64,000 nucleotides of DNA from an uncultured bacterium. Its GTDB lineage: Bacteria > Actinomycetota > Actinomycetes > S36-B12. Below the pieces are notes generated by a model, which was given only the letters and a program-made list of their open reading frames with translations, ran no database searches and was not told where the DNA came from. The DNA lies in assembly GCA_963707385.1 (NCBI GenBank), contig CAVPPK010000006.1, positions 196,102-260,101 of the forward strand, written 5' to 3'. The position numbers were made by a program, and so were the translations under genes. Shown here piece after piece: positions 1 through 13,041 of the stretch (the stretch's first letter is position 1; each line of letters starts with the position of its first letter).

Positions 1-351
1 GCAAGCGCGTCGAGCGCGACCGGGAGCTCATCCGCCAGACGGCGGTCGGCGGCGTGCTCGCCGAGCTGCTGTCGGTGCTCGACGACATCGACCGCGCCCG
101 CCAGCACGACGAGCTCGAGGGTGCCTTCAAGTCCGTGGGCGAGGCGCTCGAGGCGACCGTCGCGCGCATCGGGCTGGAGAGGTACGGCGTCGGCCGGCGA
201 GCCGTTCGACCCGAACGTGCACGAGGCGCTGACGCATGAGGCATCGGACGAGGTGTCCGAGCCGACGGTCGTGGCCGTCTACCAGCCCGGCTACCGCTAC
301 GCCGACCGGGTGCTGCGCCCGGCGCGCGTGGCCGTCGCGGGAACCGACTGA
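1..351 (+). pseudogene. grpE: GrpE nucleotide-exchange factor, C-terminal part (5' end outside window); one frame break as sequenced
   Basis: ORFs 54..239 and 121..351 together read ...[13 protein letters not shown]...[18 protein letters not shown] / [15 protein letters not shown]...[23 protein letters not shown], the conserved GrpE C-terminal region. Net +1 break near 195. It is followed by dnaJ-hspR, as in actinobacterial dnaK operons. Confidence 0.85.
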
Positions 352-377
352 CGTACGACCGACAGCAGGGATGCGAC

Positions 378-1557
378 GTGAACAAGGACTGGCTCGAGAA
401 GGACTTCTACGCCGTGCTCGGCGTGTCCAAGGACGCCACGCCCGACGAGATCAAGAAGAAGTACCGCAAGCTGGCCCGCGAGCTCCACCCGGACAAGAAC
501 CCGGGTGACAAGGCGGCCGAGGAGCGGTTCAAGGAGGTCTCCGAGGCGTACGACGTGCTGTCCGACGACGCCAAGCGCAAGGAGTACGACGAGGCCCGGT
601 CCCTGTTCGCGGGCGGCGGCTTCCGTCCCAGCGGCAGCGGCGGGTACGGCGGCGGCGGCCAGCAGTACAACGTCAACATGGAGGACCTGTTCGGGCAGGA
701 CTCCGGGGGCTTCGGCGACTTCCTGGGCGGGATCTTCAACCGCGGTCGCGGCGGCGGGGCCCGTCCCGCGCAGCCGCGCCGCGGGCAGGACCTCGAGAGC
801 TCGCTGACGCTGTCGTTCGACGACGCGCTGGACGGCGTCACCGTCCCGCTGCGGCTGTCGACCGACGCGCCGTGCACCAGCTGCCACGGCACCGGGGCCA
901 AGGCGGGCACCGTCCCGCGCATGTGCCCGACCTGCGACGGGTCGGGCCAGACGTCGCGCAATGCCGGCGGTTTCGCGTTCGCCGATCCGTGCGTGACCTG
1001 CCGCGGGCGTGGTCTCTTCGTGGACGATCCCTGCCCGAGCTGCCACGGCTCCGGCCGCGGCCTGAGCTCGCGCACCGTGCAGGCCCGCATCCCGGCGGGC
1101 GTGCGCAACGGCGCGCGCATCCGGCTCAAGGGCAAGGGCGGCTCCGGCGAGCGCGGGGGCCCCAGCGGCGACCTCCTCGTCGACGTCACCATCGCGCCGC
1201 ACCCGGTGTTCGACCGCAAGGGCGACAACGTCACGGTCACGGTCCCGGTCACCTTCGCCGAGGCGGCGCTCGGCGGCGAGATCGCGGTGCCGACCCCGCG
1301 GGGCGGCTCCGTGACGCTCAAGATCCCGGCCGGCACGGCCAACGGCCGCACCTTCCGGGTGCGCGGCAAGGGCATCCGACGCAAGGACGGCACCAACGGC
1401 GACCTGCTGGCGACGGTCGAGGTCACGGTGCCGCAGAACCTCTCGAGCGAGGCGCGCGACGGCGCTGCAGCAGTACGCCGAGCACACCGCCGACCACGAT
1501 CCGCGCAAGGACCTCTTCGCCATGGCGGAGGGGGCGTCGCCGAGGAGCGGGTCATGA
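378..1557 (+). pseudogene. dnaJ: Chaperone DnaJ (Hsp40); one +1 break near 1460
   Basis: J-domain with HPD ([14 protein letters not shown]), a G/F-rich linker and four zinc-finger repeats ([32 protein letters not shown]). GTG start at 378. After the break the frame reads [24 protein letters not shown].. to TGA 1555-1557, which overlaps the hspR ATG. Confidence 0.93.
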
Positions 1558-1917
1558 GCCGCGACTCCGCCGTCCCGCGCACGGGCTTCAGCGTGGCCGA
1601 CGACGCACCGGTCTACGCGATCTCGGTCGCCGCGCCAGCTCGCCGGCCTGCATCCGCAGACCCTTCGCCAGTACGACCGGCTCGGCCTGGTCACCCCGAC
1701 CCGGGTGGGCGGCCGCAACCGGCTGTACTCGGCGAACGACATCGCACGACTGCGCGAGATCGCCGACCTGTCCGCCCAGGGCCTGTCCCTCGAGGGCATC
1801 AGGCGGGTCCTCGAGCTCCAGGCCGAGGTGGCGTCGCTGCGACGCATCGTGGCCGAGTTCCGCAGGGAGCAGCAGTCGACAGCCCTGGTCGTGTGGCGAC
1901 CGGGGCAGCGCAAGTAG
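1554..1917 (+). pseudogene. hspR: Heat-shock repressor HspR (MerR family); one +1 break near 1646
   Basis: MerR-type HTH reads VYAISVAA|[45 protein letters not shown] across two frames. The position immediately after dnaJ is the canonical hspR position. Confidence 0.85.
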
Positions 1918-1943
1918 CACCGAGGACGACAAGGGAAAGAGCA

Positions 1944-4530
<2,587 letters not shown>

Positions 4531-4534
4531 CGAG

Positions 4535-4722
4535 TTGACCCAGATGCTGGGCCAGTTCCGCGGAACTGGCCCAGCATCCGCGGTGGAACTGCCGATGTCG
4601 CCCAGATCGCGGGCAGGGTTCTGCGTCGTGCGTCGGCGCCCGGCGTCCCGTCCGGGTCAGATCCGGCAGAATCGAGGCGATGCTGGGTCAGTTCTGCGGA
4701 TTCAGCCCAGCATCTGGGTCAA
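4535..4722. repeat. Composite palindromic intergenic repeat (REP/BIME- or MITE-like); termini are TTGACCCAGATGCTGGG and its exact reverse complement
   Basis: Read directly from the sequence. The 17-mer at 4535-4551 is the exact reverse complement of 4706-4722. There is a 36-nt perfect palindrome at 4543-4578 (GATGCTGGGCCAGTTCCG|CGGAACTGGCCCAGCATC). CCCAG cores sit at 4539, 4570 and 4601 (31-nt spacing). The same 17-mer recurs at 38566-38582. Confidence 0.8.
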
Positions 4723-5007
4723 GTCGTCAGGGCTGGTGGTGGCCGGTCGTGCGGTCGGACGACGACGGATGCCGGCGGCCCACAGCGCCCGCACCACGGT
4801 GCGGGAGTCGACCGCCTGAGCACCCTCGGCGATGGCGCAGTCGCGCAGCTCGTCGGTGACGTCGTAGTGATCGCCCTGGAAGGCGCGGTCCGGGATCCCC
4901 AGGCGGGCCGCGAACGCATGCAGCTCCTCGACGGACGTGTCGCTCACCAGGTGCGCCCACAGCCGGCCGCGCCACGGCCACATCGCGTCGTCGACGAGGA
5001 TCGCCAT
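4702..5007 (-). CDS. DUF4031-like small protein
   Basis: MAILVDDAMWPWRGRLWAHLVSDTSVEELHAFAARLGIPDRAFQGDHYDV... matches the DUF4031 pattern as I recall it. The ATG at 5005-5007 forms a TGATG junction with the upstream aminotransferase stop. The last codons (DDLTQMLG) lie inside the repeat element, so the true 3' end is uncertain. Confidence 0.6.
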   Translation of the reverse strand: MAILVDDAMWPWRGRLWAHLVSDTSVEELHAFAARLGIPDRAFQGDHYDVTDELRDCAIAEGAQAVDSRTVVRALWAAGIRRRPTARPATTSPDDLTQMLG

Positions 5008-6198
5008 CAGGCGCCCGTCCCGGCCCGCGAACCCCTGGTCCAGTCGATCCAGCGCCTGCCGCAGCACCTCGGGACGCTTGCAGAACGCCCATCGCACGTA
5101 CGGGGCGCCGATCGCCTCGTCGTCGCAGAACGCCTGGTGCGGGATGGCGACGACGCCCGCGCGGCCGGGCAGCGTCGCGGCAGAACGCGAGCCCGTCGGC
5201 GTAGCCGAGCGGACGCACGTCGGTCGTGACGAAGTAGGTCCCCTGCGGTCGGGATCACCCGCAGCCCGAGGGACGCGAGTCCGTCGCTGAGCAGGTCGCG
5301 CTTGCCGGCCAGGTCGCGCGGAAGCCGGCGAAGTACTCGTCGGGCAGGCCGAGACCGTGCGCGATCGCGTACTGGAACGGACCGCCGGACACGTAGGACA
5401 GGTGCTGTCGCACGACGCGCACCGCCCCGATGAGGTCGGCCGGGCCGGTCGCCCACCCGATCTTCCAGCCGGTGAACGAGAACGACTTGCCGCCGGAGCC
5501 CGACGGTGACCGTGCGCTCCCACATGCCCGGCAGCGTCGCGATCGGCACGTGCGGGTGGCCGTCGAACCACAGGTGCTCGTAGGCCTCGTCGGACAGGAC
5601 CAGCAGGTCGTTGTCGATGGCGATGCGCGCCACCTCGGCCAGCTCGTCGCGGCGTGAAGACGATGCCCGTCGGGTTGTGCGGCGAGTTCAGCAGGATCAG
5701 CCGCGTCCGCGGCGTGACGGCCGCCCGCAGCGCGTCCAGGTCGGGCCGCAGGTCCGGGCCCGACATCGGCACGCCCACGCGGCGACCGCGGGCCAGCGAG
5801 ATGCCGGCCGCGTAGATGTCGAACCACGGCTCGAAGACGATCACCTCGTCGTCCTCGTCGACGAGGGCCAGCAGGGTCGACTGGATGATCTCGGACGCAC
5901 CCGTGCCGACGACGACCTCGGTGCCGGGGTCGACGTCGAGGCCGTAGAAGCGCTGCTGGTGGGCGGCGATCGCCTCGCGCAGCAGCGGCAGCCCGTGCGG
6001 CGGAGGGTACTGGTTGCCGCGCCCGTCCCGGATCGCCTCGATCGCGACGTCCTTCAGCGCCTGCGGGCCGTCGGTGTCGGGGAAGCCCTGGCCGAGGTTC
6101 ACCGCGCCGACCTCGGCGGCAAGCATCGACATCTCCGCGAAGACCGACGTGGTGTGCTCGGCCATGCGCGGCACGAGCGGGGGCTGCCGGCGGGACAT
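5007..6198 (-). pseudogene. Class I/II PLP-dependent aminotransferase (YbdL/DapC-like); about six breaks
   Basis: Motifs NLGQGFPD, NQYPPPHGLP, LLNSPHNPTG, SDEAYEHL, GKSFSFTGWKIGW (PLP lysine region) and VVAIPHQAFC are spread over three frames. Breaks lie near 5640, 5500, 5316 (net -1), 5245, 5180 and 5030. Confidence 0.8.
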
Positions 6199-6260
6199 GT
6201 GCGGAACGGTAGCGCGGGCTCAGCAGTCCGCCGGCTCGTCCGTCGTGGGTAGCGTGCAGC

Positions 6261-7407
6261 GTGCGCATCGACGAGCCCGTGGTCTTCCCGAGCGTGGATC
6301 CCGTCGGCCCGGCCGTCGGCGCCGCCGTGCCGAACGTCGACGTGATCGCGACCGTGGTGGCGCCGGGCGCCGCGTCGCGCCGACGCTGAGGGAGTGCCGC
6401 GCTCGACCCTCGATGCCCTCGCCGATGCCGGGCTGCTGGGCACCGCGCTCGACCCGCCGGCCGCCCAGCGCGAGCTCGGCGAGCTGCTGGCGGGCGCGGA
6501 TGCCACGACCTGGTTCACGTGGGTCCAGCACCAGACTCCCCTGCGCACGCTCGAGGGCTCCGCGACGGGCCTCCTCATCGGCGCCCCCTCGGGCCTGGCC
6601 GACGAGCTGCTGCCGGGCATGCGGTCCGGCCGCCTGCTGGCGGCCGTGGCCTTCGCCCACGTGCGCCGCCCCGGTCCTCCGAACCCGGTGGCGACCCGCG
6701 TCGACGGCGGGTGGCGGCTCGACGGCGAGCTCGACTGGGTGACCTCGTGGGACATGGCCGACGTGGTCATGGTCATGGCCCAGGGCGAAGGGGCGCGACA
6801 GCCGACCGGCTCGTCTGCTGCTACCTGCCGGCCGGGCGCGCTGGCGAGGCGACGCCGGGAGTCGTCGCCGGACCGGCGCTGGAGCTCCTCGCGATGTCCG
6901 GCACGCACACTCGTCCGGTGCGCCTCGACGGGGTCCACGTCCCCGACCGCAGGGTGGGCGCCGTGCTCGATCGCGACGCCTGGCTGTCGGCGGACGCGGT
7001 GCGCACGGCCGATGCGAACCCGGCCGCGTTCGGCGTGGCCCGCGGAGCGATTGCCGAGCTCCACGTCGTCGCCGAGCGTCGTGACGACGACACGATGCGC
7101 GACCTCGTCGCGTCCCTCGTCCGACGAGTGCCGCACCGTCCGTGCCGCCGCCTACGCGGCGGCCGACGCCGGCGCGCCAACGGCGGATCGGCTCGGCCTG
7201 CGCGCGGCGTCCCTCGACCTGGCCGTGCGGGCCGCCACGAGCGTCGTCATCGCCCGGTCCGGCGCGGCGATGCGGCGGGGGTGCTCGGCGGAACGCCGCC
7301 TGCGGGAGGCGATGTTCCTGCAGGTGCAGGCCCAGACGGCCGCCACCCGGCAGGCGTCGCTCGCCCTCATGCGCACGCGCGCGTTGGCGGATCCCGACGT
7401 ACAGTGA
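6261..7407 (+). pseudogene. Acyl-CoA dehydrogenase-family protein; about three breaks; start uncertain
   Basis: ...GVPRSTLDALADAGLLG..., the TWFTWVQHQ region, ...LAMSGTHTRPVRLDGVHVP... and the C-terminal AERRLREAMFLQVQAQTAATR resemble ACAD-fold proteins. Breaks near 6385, 6793-6794 (net -1) and 7125. Confidence 0.55.
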
Positions 7408-7410
7408 CAT

Positions 7411-8371
7411 ATGGCCCGGTGGCGCGCGCTGATCTCCGTCCTGGTGACGGCCGTCCTCGCTGCGCCGCTCGCGCCCTCCGCCGCGGCACTGCCCGCGCTC
7501 GACCGCACTGACGTATCCCTGGCGGCCCTGATGGCCGAACCGCTCGACGGTCGCGACCTCACGGTGCGACGCGAGCTGTCGAGGACGGCGCAGTACACGC
7601 GGTACGCCGTCTCCTACCGAGGCGGCGGCCAGACCATCACGGGCATCATGAACGTGCCGCGCGGAAAGGGTCCGTTCCCGGTCGTCGTCCTCGCCCACGG
7701 CTACATCGATCCGGCCACCTACTGGAGCGGTCAGGGCTTCCGGCGCGAGCAGGACGCACTCGCCCGCAACGGCTACGTGGCGCTGCACGTCGACTACCGC
7801 AACCATGCCGGCTCGACGGACGATCCCGACAACGACCTGACGATGCGCCTGGGCTACGCGGAGGACGTGCTCAACGCGGCAGTGGCCGTCCGGGCGTCGA
7901 ACCTGCCCTTCCTCGACGGCGGGCGCATCGCCCTGCTCGGCCGTTCCATGGGCGGGAGCGTCGCGTTCAACGCCCTCGTGGCCCGACCAGGAGTCTTCGA
8001 CGCCGCCATCGTCTACGCGTCGACGAGCACGGACGCCGTCGACAACTTCAACCGGTGGCAGCGCGACGACGACCGGTCTTCGCAGGGCCATCTACCGGCA
8101 GCACGGCTCACCGTCGGCCGATCCGGCGTTCTGGCGGGGCATCTCCGCCGTGAACTACGTCGACCGGATCACCGAGCCGGTGCTCATGTTCCACGGCACG
8201 CGCGACGAGAGCTGCCCCATCGACTGGGCGCGGACGACGAAGGCCGCGCTGGTGTCCGCCGGCGTCGACGTGCGCCTCGTCGAGTACCCGGGGGCGGGTC
8301 ACTACATGTACGGGGAGTGGGCCGACTCGATGCGGCGTTCCCTGGCGTTCCTCGAGCGACACCTGGCCTGA
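7411..8371 (+). pseudogene. Secreted alpha/beta-hydrolase, S9 prolyl-oligopeptidase / dienelactone-hydrolase-like; one +1 break near 8075
   Basis: Signal-like N-terminus MARWRALISVLVTAVLAAPLAPSAAA. Nucleophile elbow GRSMGG (GxSxG), then PVLMFHGTRDESCP and YPGAGH. Confidence 0.75.
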
Positions 8372-8392
8372 CGCAGGCCGCGGAGGCGTCCC

Positions 8393-9876
8393 TCAGCGCG
8401 CTGACCTTGACCCGCACGGGCGTCGACTCGGCCGCGCCGAACGCGTTCTCGGCGTGCAGCACGCAGGAGTAGCGGATCGGTCGTAGCGACGTCAGGACGG
8501 CCCGCCGCGCCGTGGCGTCGGCTGCGCGCGCCTCGCCGCCCCCGACCGGGACGCAGATCACCCGGTTCGCCGTGAGCGCCGACCCGTTCGGCTGGCTCGC
8601 TGTCAGGCGGAACGACGACCCGGCCGGAGGCGAGGGGTGTCGCCTTGACGATCCGCCCGACGACGGGGAGGGTCGACGGGGAGGCCTGAATCGGCCCGGC
8701 CACGGGGGAGTTGCCCAGGGCGTTGCCCGCGATTCCGGTGACCGCGTAGGCGGTGCCGTTGACGAGGCCGTCGACGGCGCAGGACGCGGGTCCGCCGTTC
8801 GGGCTGGGAGAGGTGAAGCAGTTCCACGACTGTCCGGTCGCCGGGTCGACGACCGTCGCGGCGAAGGCGGTGACCTCGGCGCCGTCGGCAGTCTCGGCGA
8901 ACGCGATGACCAGCTGGCCCGACCGTGCCGCGACGCTGAGTGCCGGTGCGGTCGTGAGGACCGTGGCGACCGGTGGGACGGCTCCGTTCGCGTCGAGGAA
9001 GTCGTACTCGGACGCGATTCGCGTGTAGACGCCGGGGAAGCGGCTCGCGCACGCCTCGCCCCAGCTGACGATGCCCACGAGTCGCGCCGCGGCACCGTCA
9101 CCCGCGATGAGCGGGCCGCCCGAGTCGCCTTGGCAGCTGTCGATGACCGTGCCGGCATCCGTGGCCCCCGCCGCGCAGACCATCACTCGTGAGTCGGCGT
9201 CACCGCTGTCGAAGCCGTTGAACGTCACGCCGTTGAGGACGAACTGCTCGCCGTCGCCGCAGGAGGCGTCCGGGAACACGACCAGCCGGCCGACCCGGAA
9301 CACGTCGGGGAAGGTCTTGGACGAGGGCGACGTGTTGCCCCAGCCCGCGACGCGGACGGGTGAGCCCGGCGCGGTGAGCGGGCGCGCCTCGTCGGGCGAC
9401 GCCGGTCGCAGGAAGGGGATGCCGCTGACCGGCTCGGCGAGGGTGAGCACCGCCACGTCGTTGATGGCCGTGCGGCGCGCGTAGTCGGGGTTGACGGTGA
9501 CCTGCACGACCCGGGCGAGTCCGAGGGCCGGGTCGCGGAGGTCGGAACCGAGCCCGACGAGGATCGCGCGAGCCGCTCGTTGGTCGCCGGTCTTCTGGTC
9601 GACGACGCAGTGGGCCGCGGTCACGACTGTGGTGGGGGTGGTCAGGGTGCCGCCGCAGAACTGCGCCTGGAAGGCACCGTCCTCGGCGAACCGGTCCGCC
9701 AGCAGGAGCGAGACCAGGAAGGGGTACTGATCGGCCGGCCCCGGCTCCCCGTTGATCACCCGCGGCGTCCGCCCAGGTTGCGACGCGGACGCGCTCGTGA
9801 CGCCGCCCGCTGCCAGCATGAGCAGCGACGCGACGATGCCGAGCACCGCACGTGCGGCCGGCCGCCCCGTTCCCAT
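8393..9876 (-). pseudogene. Secreted trypsin-like (S1) serine protease with C-terminal beta-rich (FN3/Ig-like) repeats; at least one break near 8640; 3' end uncertain
   Basis: Signal peptide, RVINGEP, and the catalytic triad contexts TAAHC, NDVAVL and [11 protein letters not shown]. The C-terminal part continues in the frame of ORF 8184..9158. That frame has no stop before the convergent gene at 8371, so the end given is a guess at the TGA at 8393-8395. Confidence 0.8.
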
Positions 9877-9956
9877 GCCTCCACGCTACGTTGCGGGAAC
9901 GCTGAGCGCAGCGTTCGGGGCGGCCGGGCCACCGTGGAGCGCGGAAGGGACTCATC

Positions 9957-10739
9957 GTGACGACTGCCCTCATCACCGGCCCGACGGCCGGCATCGGACG
10001 AGGATTCGCCGAGGCCTTCGCCCGGAAGGGGTTCGACCTCGTCCTCGTGGCCCGCGACGAGCAGCGACTGGTGGCCGTCGCCGACGAGCTGGCGCAGCGG
10101 TACGGCGTCTCGTGCGAGGTTCTGCCCGCGGACCTCGGCGAGCGCGCCGACGTCGACCGGGTGGCAGGGCGGCTGTCGGACGCGACGCGCCCGGTGCAGG
10201 CGCTCGTGAACAACGCGGGGTACGGCCTCAACCGCGCCTTCCTGCGCAATTCCGTCGAGGACGAGCAGCGGTCACTCGACGTGCTCGTCACCGCGGTCCT
10301 GAGGCTGACGCACGCTGCCGCGCCGGGCATGGTCGACCGGGGGACAGGGATGATCGTCAACGTGAGCAGCGTGGCGAGCTGGATCACCGGCGGCACCTAC
10401 TCGGCAGCGAAGTCGTGGGTGACGGTGTTCACCGAGAGCCTCGCGCAGGAGCTCTCGGGCACCGGGGTGCGCGCGACCGCCGTGTGCCCGGGCTTCGTCC
10501 ACACGGAGTTCCACCAGCGTGCCGGCATCGACATGTCCGCGATGCCGGAGTTCATGTGGCTCGACGTGGACCAGGTCGTGGCGCAGGCCTTCCGCGATCT
10601 CGCGACCGGCCGGTCCGTGAGCGTGGCCGGACCGCAGTACAAGGCCTTCTCGGCGCTGCTGCGGCACGGCCCGCGCTCGCTGGCCAGGCTCGCCACCGCC
10701 TCGCGCCAGCGCAACCCGCGCTTCGGAGCGCGGGACTAG
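9957..10739 (+). CDS. SDR-family oxidoreductase
   Basis: Intact 260-aa ORF with TGPTAGIGRG (TGxxxGxG), NNAG and YSAAK (YxxxK). Confidence 0.9.
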   Translation: MTTALITGPTAGIGRGFAEAFARKGFDLVLVARDEQRLVAVADELAQRYGVSCEVLPADLGERADVDRVAGRLSDATRPVQALVNNAGYGLNRAFLRNSVEDEQRSLDVLVTAVLRLTHAAAPGMVDRGTGMIVNVSSVASWITGGTYSAAKSWVTVFTESLAQELSGTGVRATAVCPGFVHTEFHQRAGIDMSAMPEFMWLDVDQVVAQAFRDLATGRSVSVAGPQYKAFSALLRHGPRSLARLATASRQRNPRFGARD

Positions 10740-10749
10740 TCGCCGGCGA

Positions 10750-11143
10750 TCAGGTCGACGTGGCGGACTCCTCGGACCACTGCGCGTGGGTGAGCACGCG
10801 CCATCCCCGAAGGCTCGCCTGCCTCGAGGCGATGCCCTCCGCATCGTCGGACACCACCGTCACGGGGGCGTCGGGCCAGGTGTCGGTGACAGACGGGCAG
10901 GACGGGGTCGATGAGCACGTACTCGCCGACGCGGCGACGAGTGCTCCGCTGGGACAGGGCGATCGCCGGGAGCAGCAGGGCCTCGTCGCCCTCGGCCACG
11001 ATCACGAGCGGTGGCAGCGGGTCGAGCTCGTTGATAGCAGCGCAGATCCGGGCGGACAGCGCCGAATCCGGACCCGGCACGGGCGTGATGCGGCCCAGTG
11101 TCAGCACCGTGCCGGTCGTCACGAGCGACACCCTAGGCTGCAC
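10750..11143 (-). pseudogene. Conserved hypothetical protein; one break near 10880
   Basis: ORF 10736..11143 begins MQPRVSLVTTGTVLTLGRI...LVIVAEGDEALLLPAIAL. After a break the more protein-like continuation ...TDTWPDAPVTVVSDDAEGIASRQASLRGWRVLTHAQWSEE ends at TGA 10750-10752. I do not recognise a family. Confidence 0.4.
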
Positions 11144-11145
11144 GC

Positions 11146-11689
11146 ATGCCGAGTGACGCGTGGACCACGCTGCGAGCAGAGATCATCGAGAAGGCCGTCG
11201 TGCACGGGAAGGTCGTCCTCTCCAGTGGACGTGAGGCCGACTACTACGTCGACCTCCGCCGGGTCACTCTCGACGGCGTCGCCTCGCCGCTGGTAGGCAC
11301 GGTGATGCGGGAGGTGACCGAGGACTGGGAGTACGACGCGGTGGGCGGGCTCACCCTCGGGGCAGATCCCGTCGCGACCGCGATGCTGCACAGCGCTGCA
11401 CGCGACGGCGAGGTTCTCGACGCCTTCGTCGTGCGCAAGGCCGAGAAGCAGCACGGCCTGCAGCGCCGCATCGAGGGCCCGGACGTGTCAGGCCGCAAGC
11501 GTGCTGGCCGTCGAGGACACCTCCACCACGGGCGGCTCGGTGCTCACGGCCGTCGACGCCCTGCTGGAGGCCGGCGCGCGGATCGCCGGTGTCGCGGTCA
11601 TCGTCGATCGCGGTGCGGGTCCGGCGATCGTGGAGCGCGGGCTCGAGTACCGGGCGGCCTACCAGCTGTCGGACCTCGGACTGGCGTAG
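11146..11689 (+). pseudogene. pyrE: Orotate phosphoribosyltransferase; one +1 break near 11497
   Basis: ...VVLSSGREADYYVDLR..., GGLTLGADPVA, and the PRPP-binding loop VLAVEDTSTTGGS in the second frame (ORF 11501..11689). Confidence 0.9.
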
Positions 11690-11691
11690 GC

Positions 11692-12372
11692 CTACTCCAG
11701 GCCGGAGCGCTGGCGCCGGTGCTTGACGTACTCGAACACGATCGGCACCACGCTGACGAAGACGACCAGGATGAGGATGAACTCGAGGTTCTTCTTCACG
11801 AACTCGATGTTGCCGAGGAAGTATCCGGCCAGGGTGATGCCCACGGCCCAGATGAAGCCGCCGATGGCGCTGAAGATGAAGTACCTGGTGAAGTCCATGC
11901 GGCCGATTCCCGCCGTGGCCGTGATGAAGGTGCGCACGATGGGGACGAAGCGGGCCATGATGATCGCCCGTGCGCCGTAGCGGTTGAAGAACTGGTGCGT
12001 GTGCTCGACGTACTCCTTCTTGAACAGCTTCGAGTCGGGCCTGCTGAACAGTGAGGGCCCGGCCTTGTAGCCGATCCAGTAGCCGGTGACGTTTCCCGTC
12101 ACGGCCGCCACGAAGAGGATCAGGCACGCGAGGTAGATGTTCATCGAGATCGCCCCGCTGGCGATGAACAGCCCCGTGACGAACAGCAGGGAGTCGCCGG
12201 GCAGGAAGAACCCGATGAGCAGGCCGCACTCGGCGAAGATGATGCCGACGACGACCCAGAAGGCGATGTCCCCGAACGAGGTGAGGATGTACTCGGGGTC
12301 GAGCCAGTCCGGCCCGAGGGCATGGATCACGGCCGTGTTGACCACGGAGGAAGCAGCCTCGGGCAGGTTCAC
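11692..12372 (-). CDS. DedA/SNARE-associated family membrane protein
   Basis: Intact 226-aa ORF. It has multiple hydrophobic helices and DedA-type segments FLPGDSLLF and ARFVPIVRTF. Confidence 0.9.
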   Translation of the reverse strand: MNLPEAASSVVNTAVIHALGPDWLDPEYILTSFGDIAFWVVVGIIFAECGLLIGFFLPGDSLLFVTGLFIASGAISMNIYLACLILFVAAVTGNVTGYWIGYKAGPSLFSRPDSKLFKKEYVEHTHQFFNRYGARAIIMARFVPIVRTFITATAGIGRMDFTRYFIFSAIGGFIWAVGITLAGYFLGNIEFVKKNLEFILILVVFVSVVPIVFEYVKHRRQRSGLE

Positions 12373-12395
12373 CGTGTCAGGCTATCGTCGCGAGA

Positions 12396-13041
12396 GTGGA
12401 CAGGCCGACGACACCAGCGCACGTGGGCGTCGGGCCGCACCCGGGGCCGTGGCCCGACGACGACCGGCTGGACCCCGAGCTGCTCGAGCACGGTGACCGC
12501 CGCAACGTCGTCGATGCGTACCGGTACTGGCGGCTCGAGGCGATCGTCGCGGACCTCGACACGCGCCGCCATCCGTTCCACGTCGCCATCGAGAACTTCA
12601 ACCACGACTTCAACATCGGGTCGGTCGTCCGCACGGCCAACGCGTTCCTCGCGCGGGAGGTGCACGTGGTCGGGCGGCGGCGCTGGAACCGGCGTGGGGC
12701 GATGGTGACCGACCGCTACCAGCACATCCGTCATCACGAGGATGCCGACGCGCTCGCCGCGTGGGCGGCCGAGGCCGGGCTGCCGCTGATCGGGATCGAC
12801 AACCTCCCTGGCGCTGTGCCGATCGAGACGACGGTCCTGCCGAGGGAGTGCGTCCTGCTGTTCGGGCAGGAGGGCGACGGCCTCACCCCTGCAGGCGCAT
12901 GCGGCATGCGCGTCCGTGCACTCCATCGCGCAGTTCGGCTCGACCCGCTCCATCAACGCGGGGGCGGCGGCCGCGATCGCCATGCACGCCTGGATCCGCC
13001 AGCACGAGTTCGGACAGGTGCCGACGGGAGAGCCGTCATGA
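12396..13041 (+). pseudogene. SpoU/TrmH-family RNA 2'-O-methyltransferase; one +1 break near 12890
   Basis: NIGSVVRTANAF, LLFGQEGDGL, then in the next frame SIAQFGSTRSINAGAAAAIAMH. The stop TGA 13039-13041 overlaps the next ATG. Confidence 0.75.

Noticed and set aside
4535-4722. CRISPR array interpretation of the ~31-nt periodic CCCAG repeats (also at 38513-38650)
   Set aside because: A 31-nt period is too short for repeat plus spacer. The units are degenerate rather than identical, they are themselves palindromic and partly inverted, there are only three per locus, and there are no cas genes in the window.
4535-4722. Autonomous IS element or transposon
   Set aside because: Only 188 nt lie between the inverted termini, with no transposase ORF. 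I could not identify a target-site duplication flanking 4535/4722. It is kept as a REP- or MITE-like repeat only.
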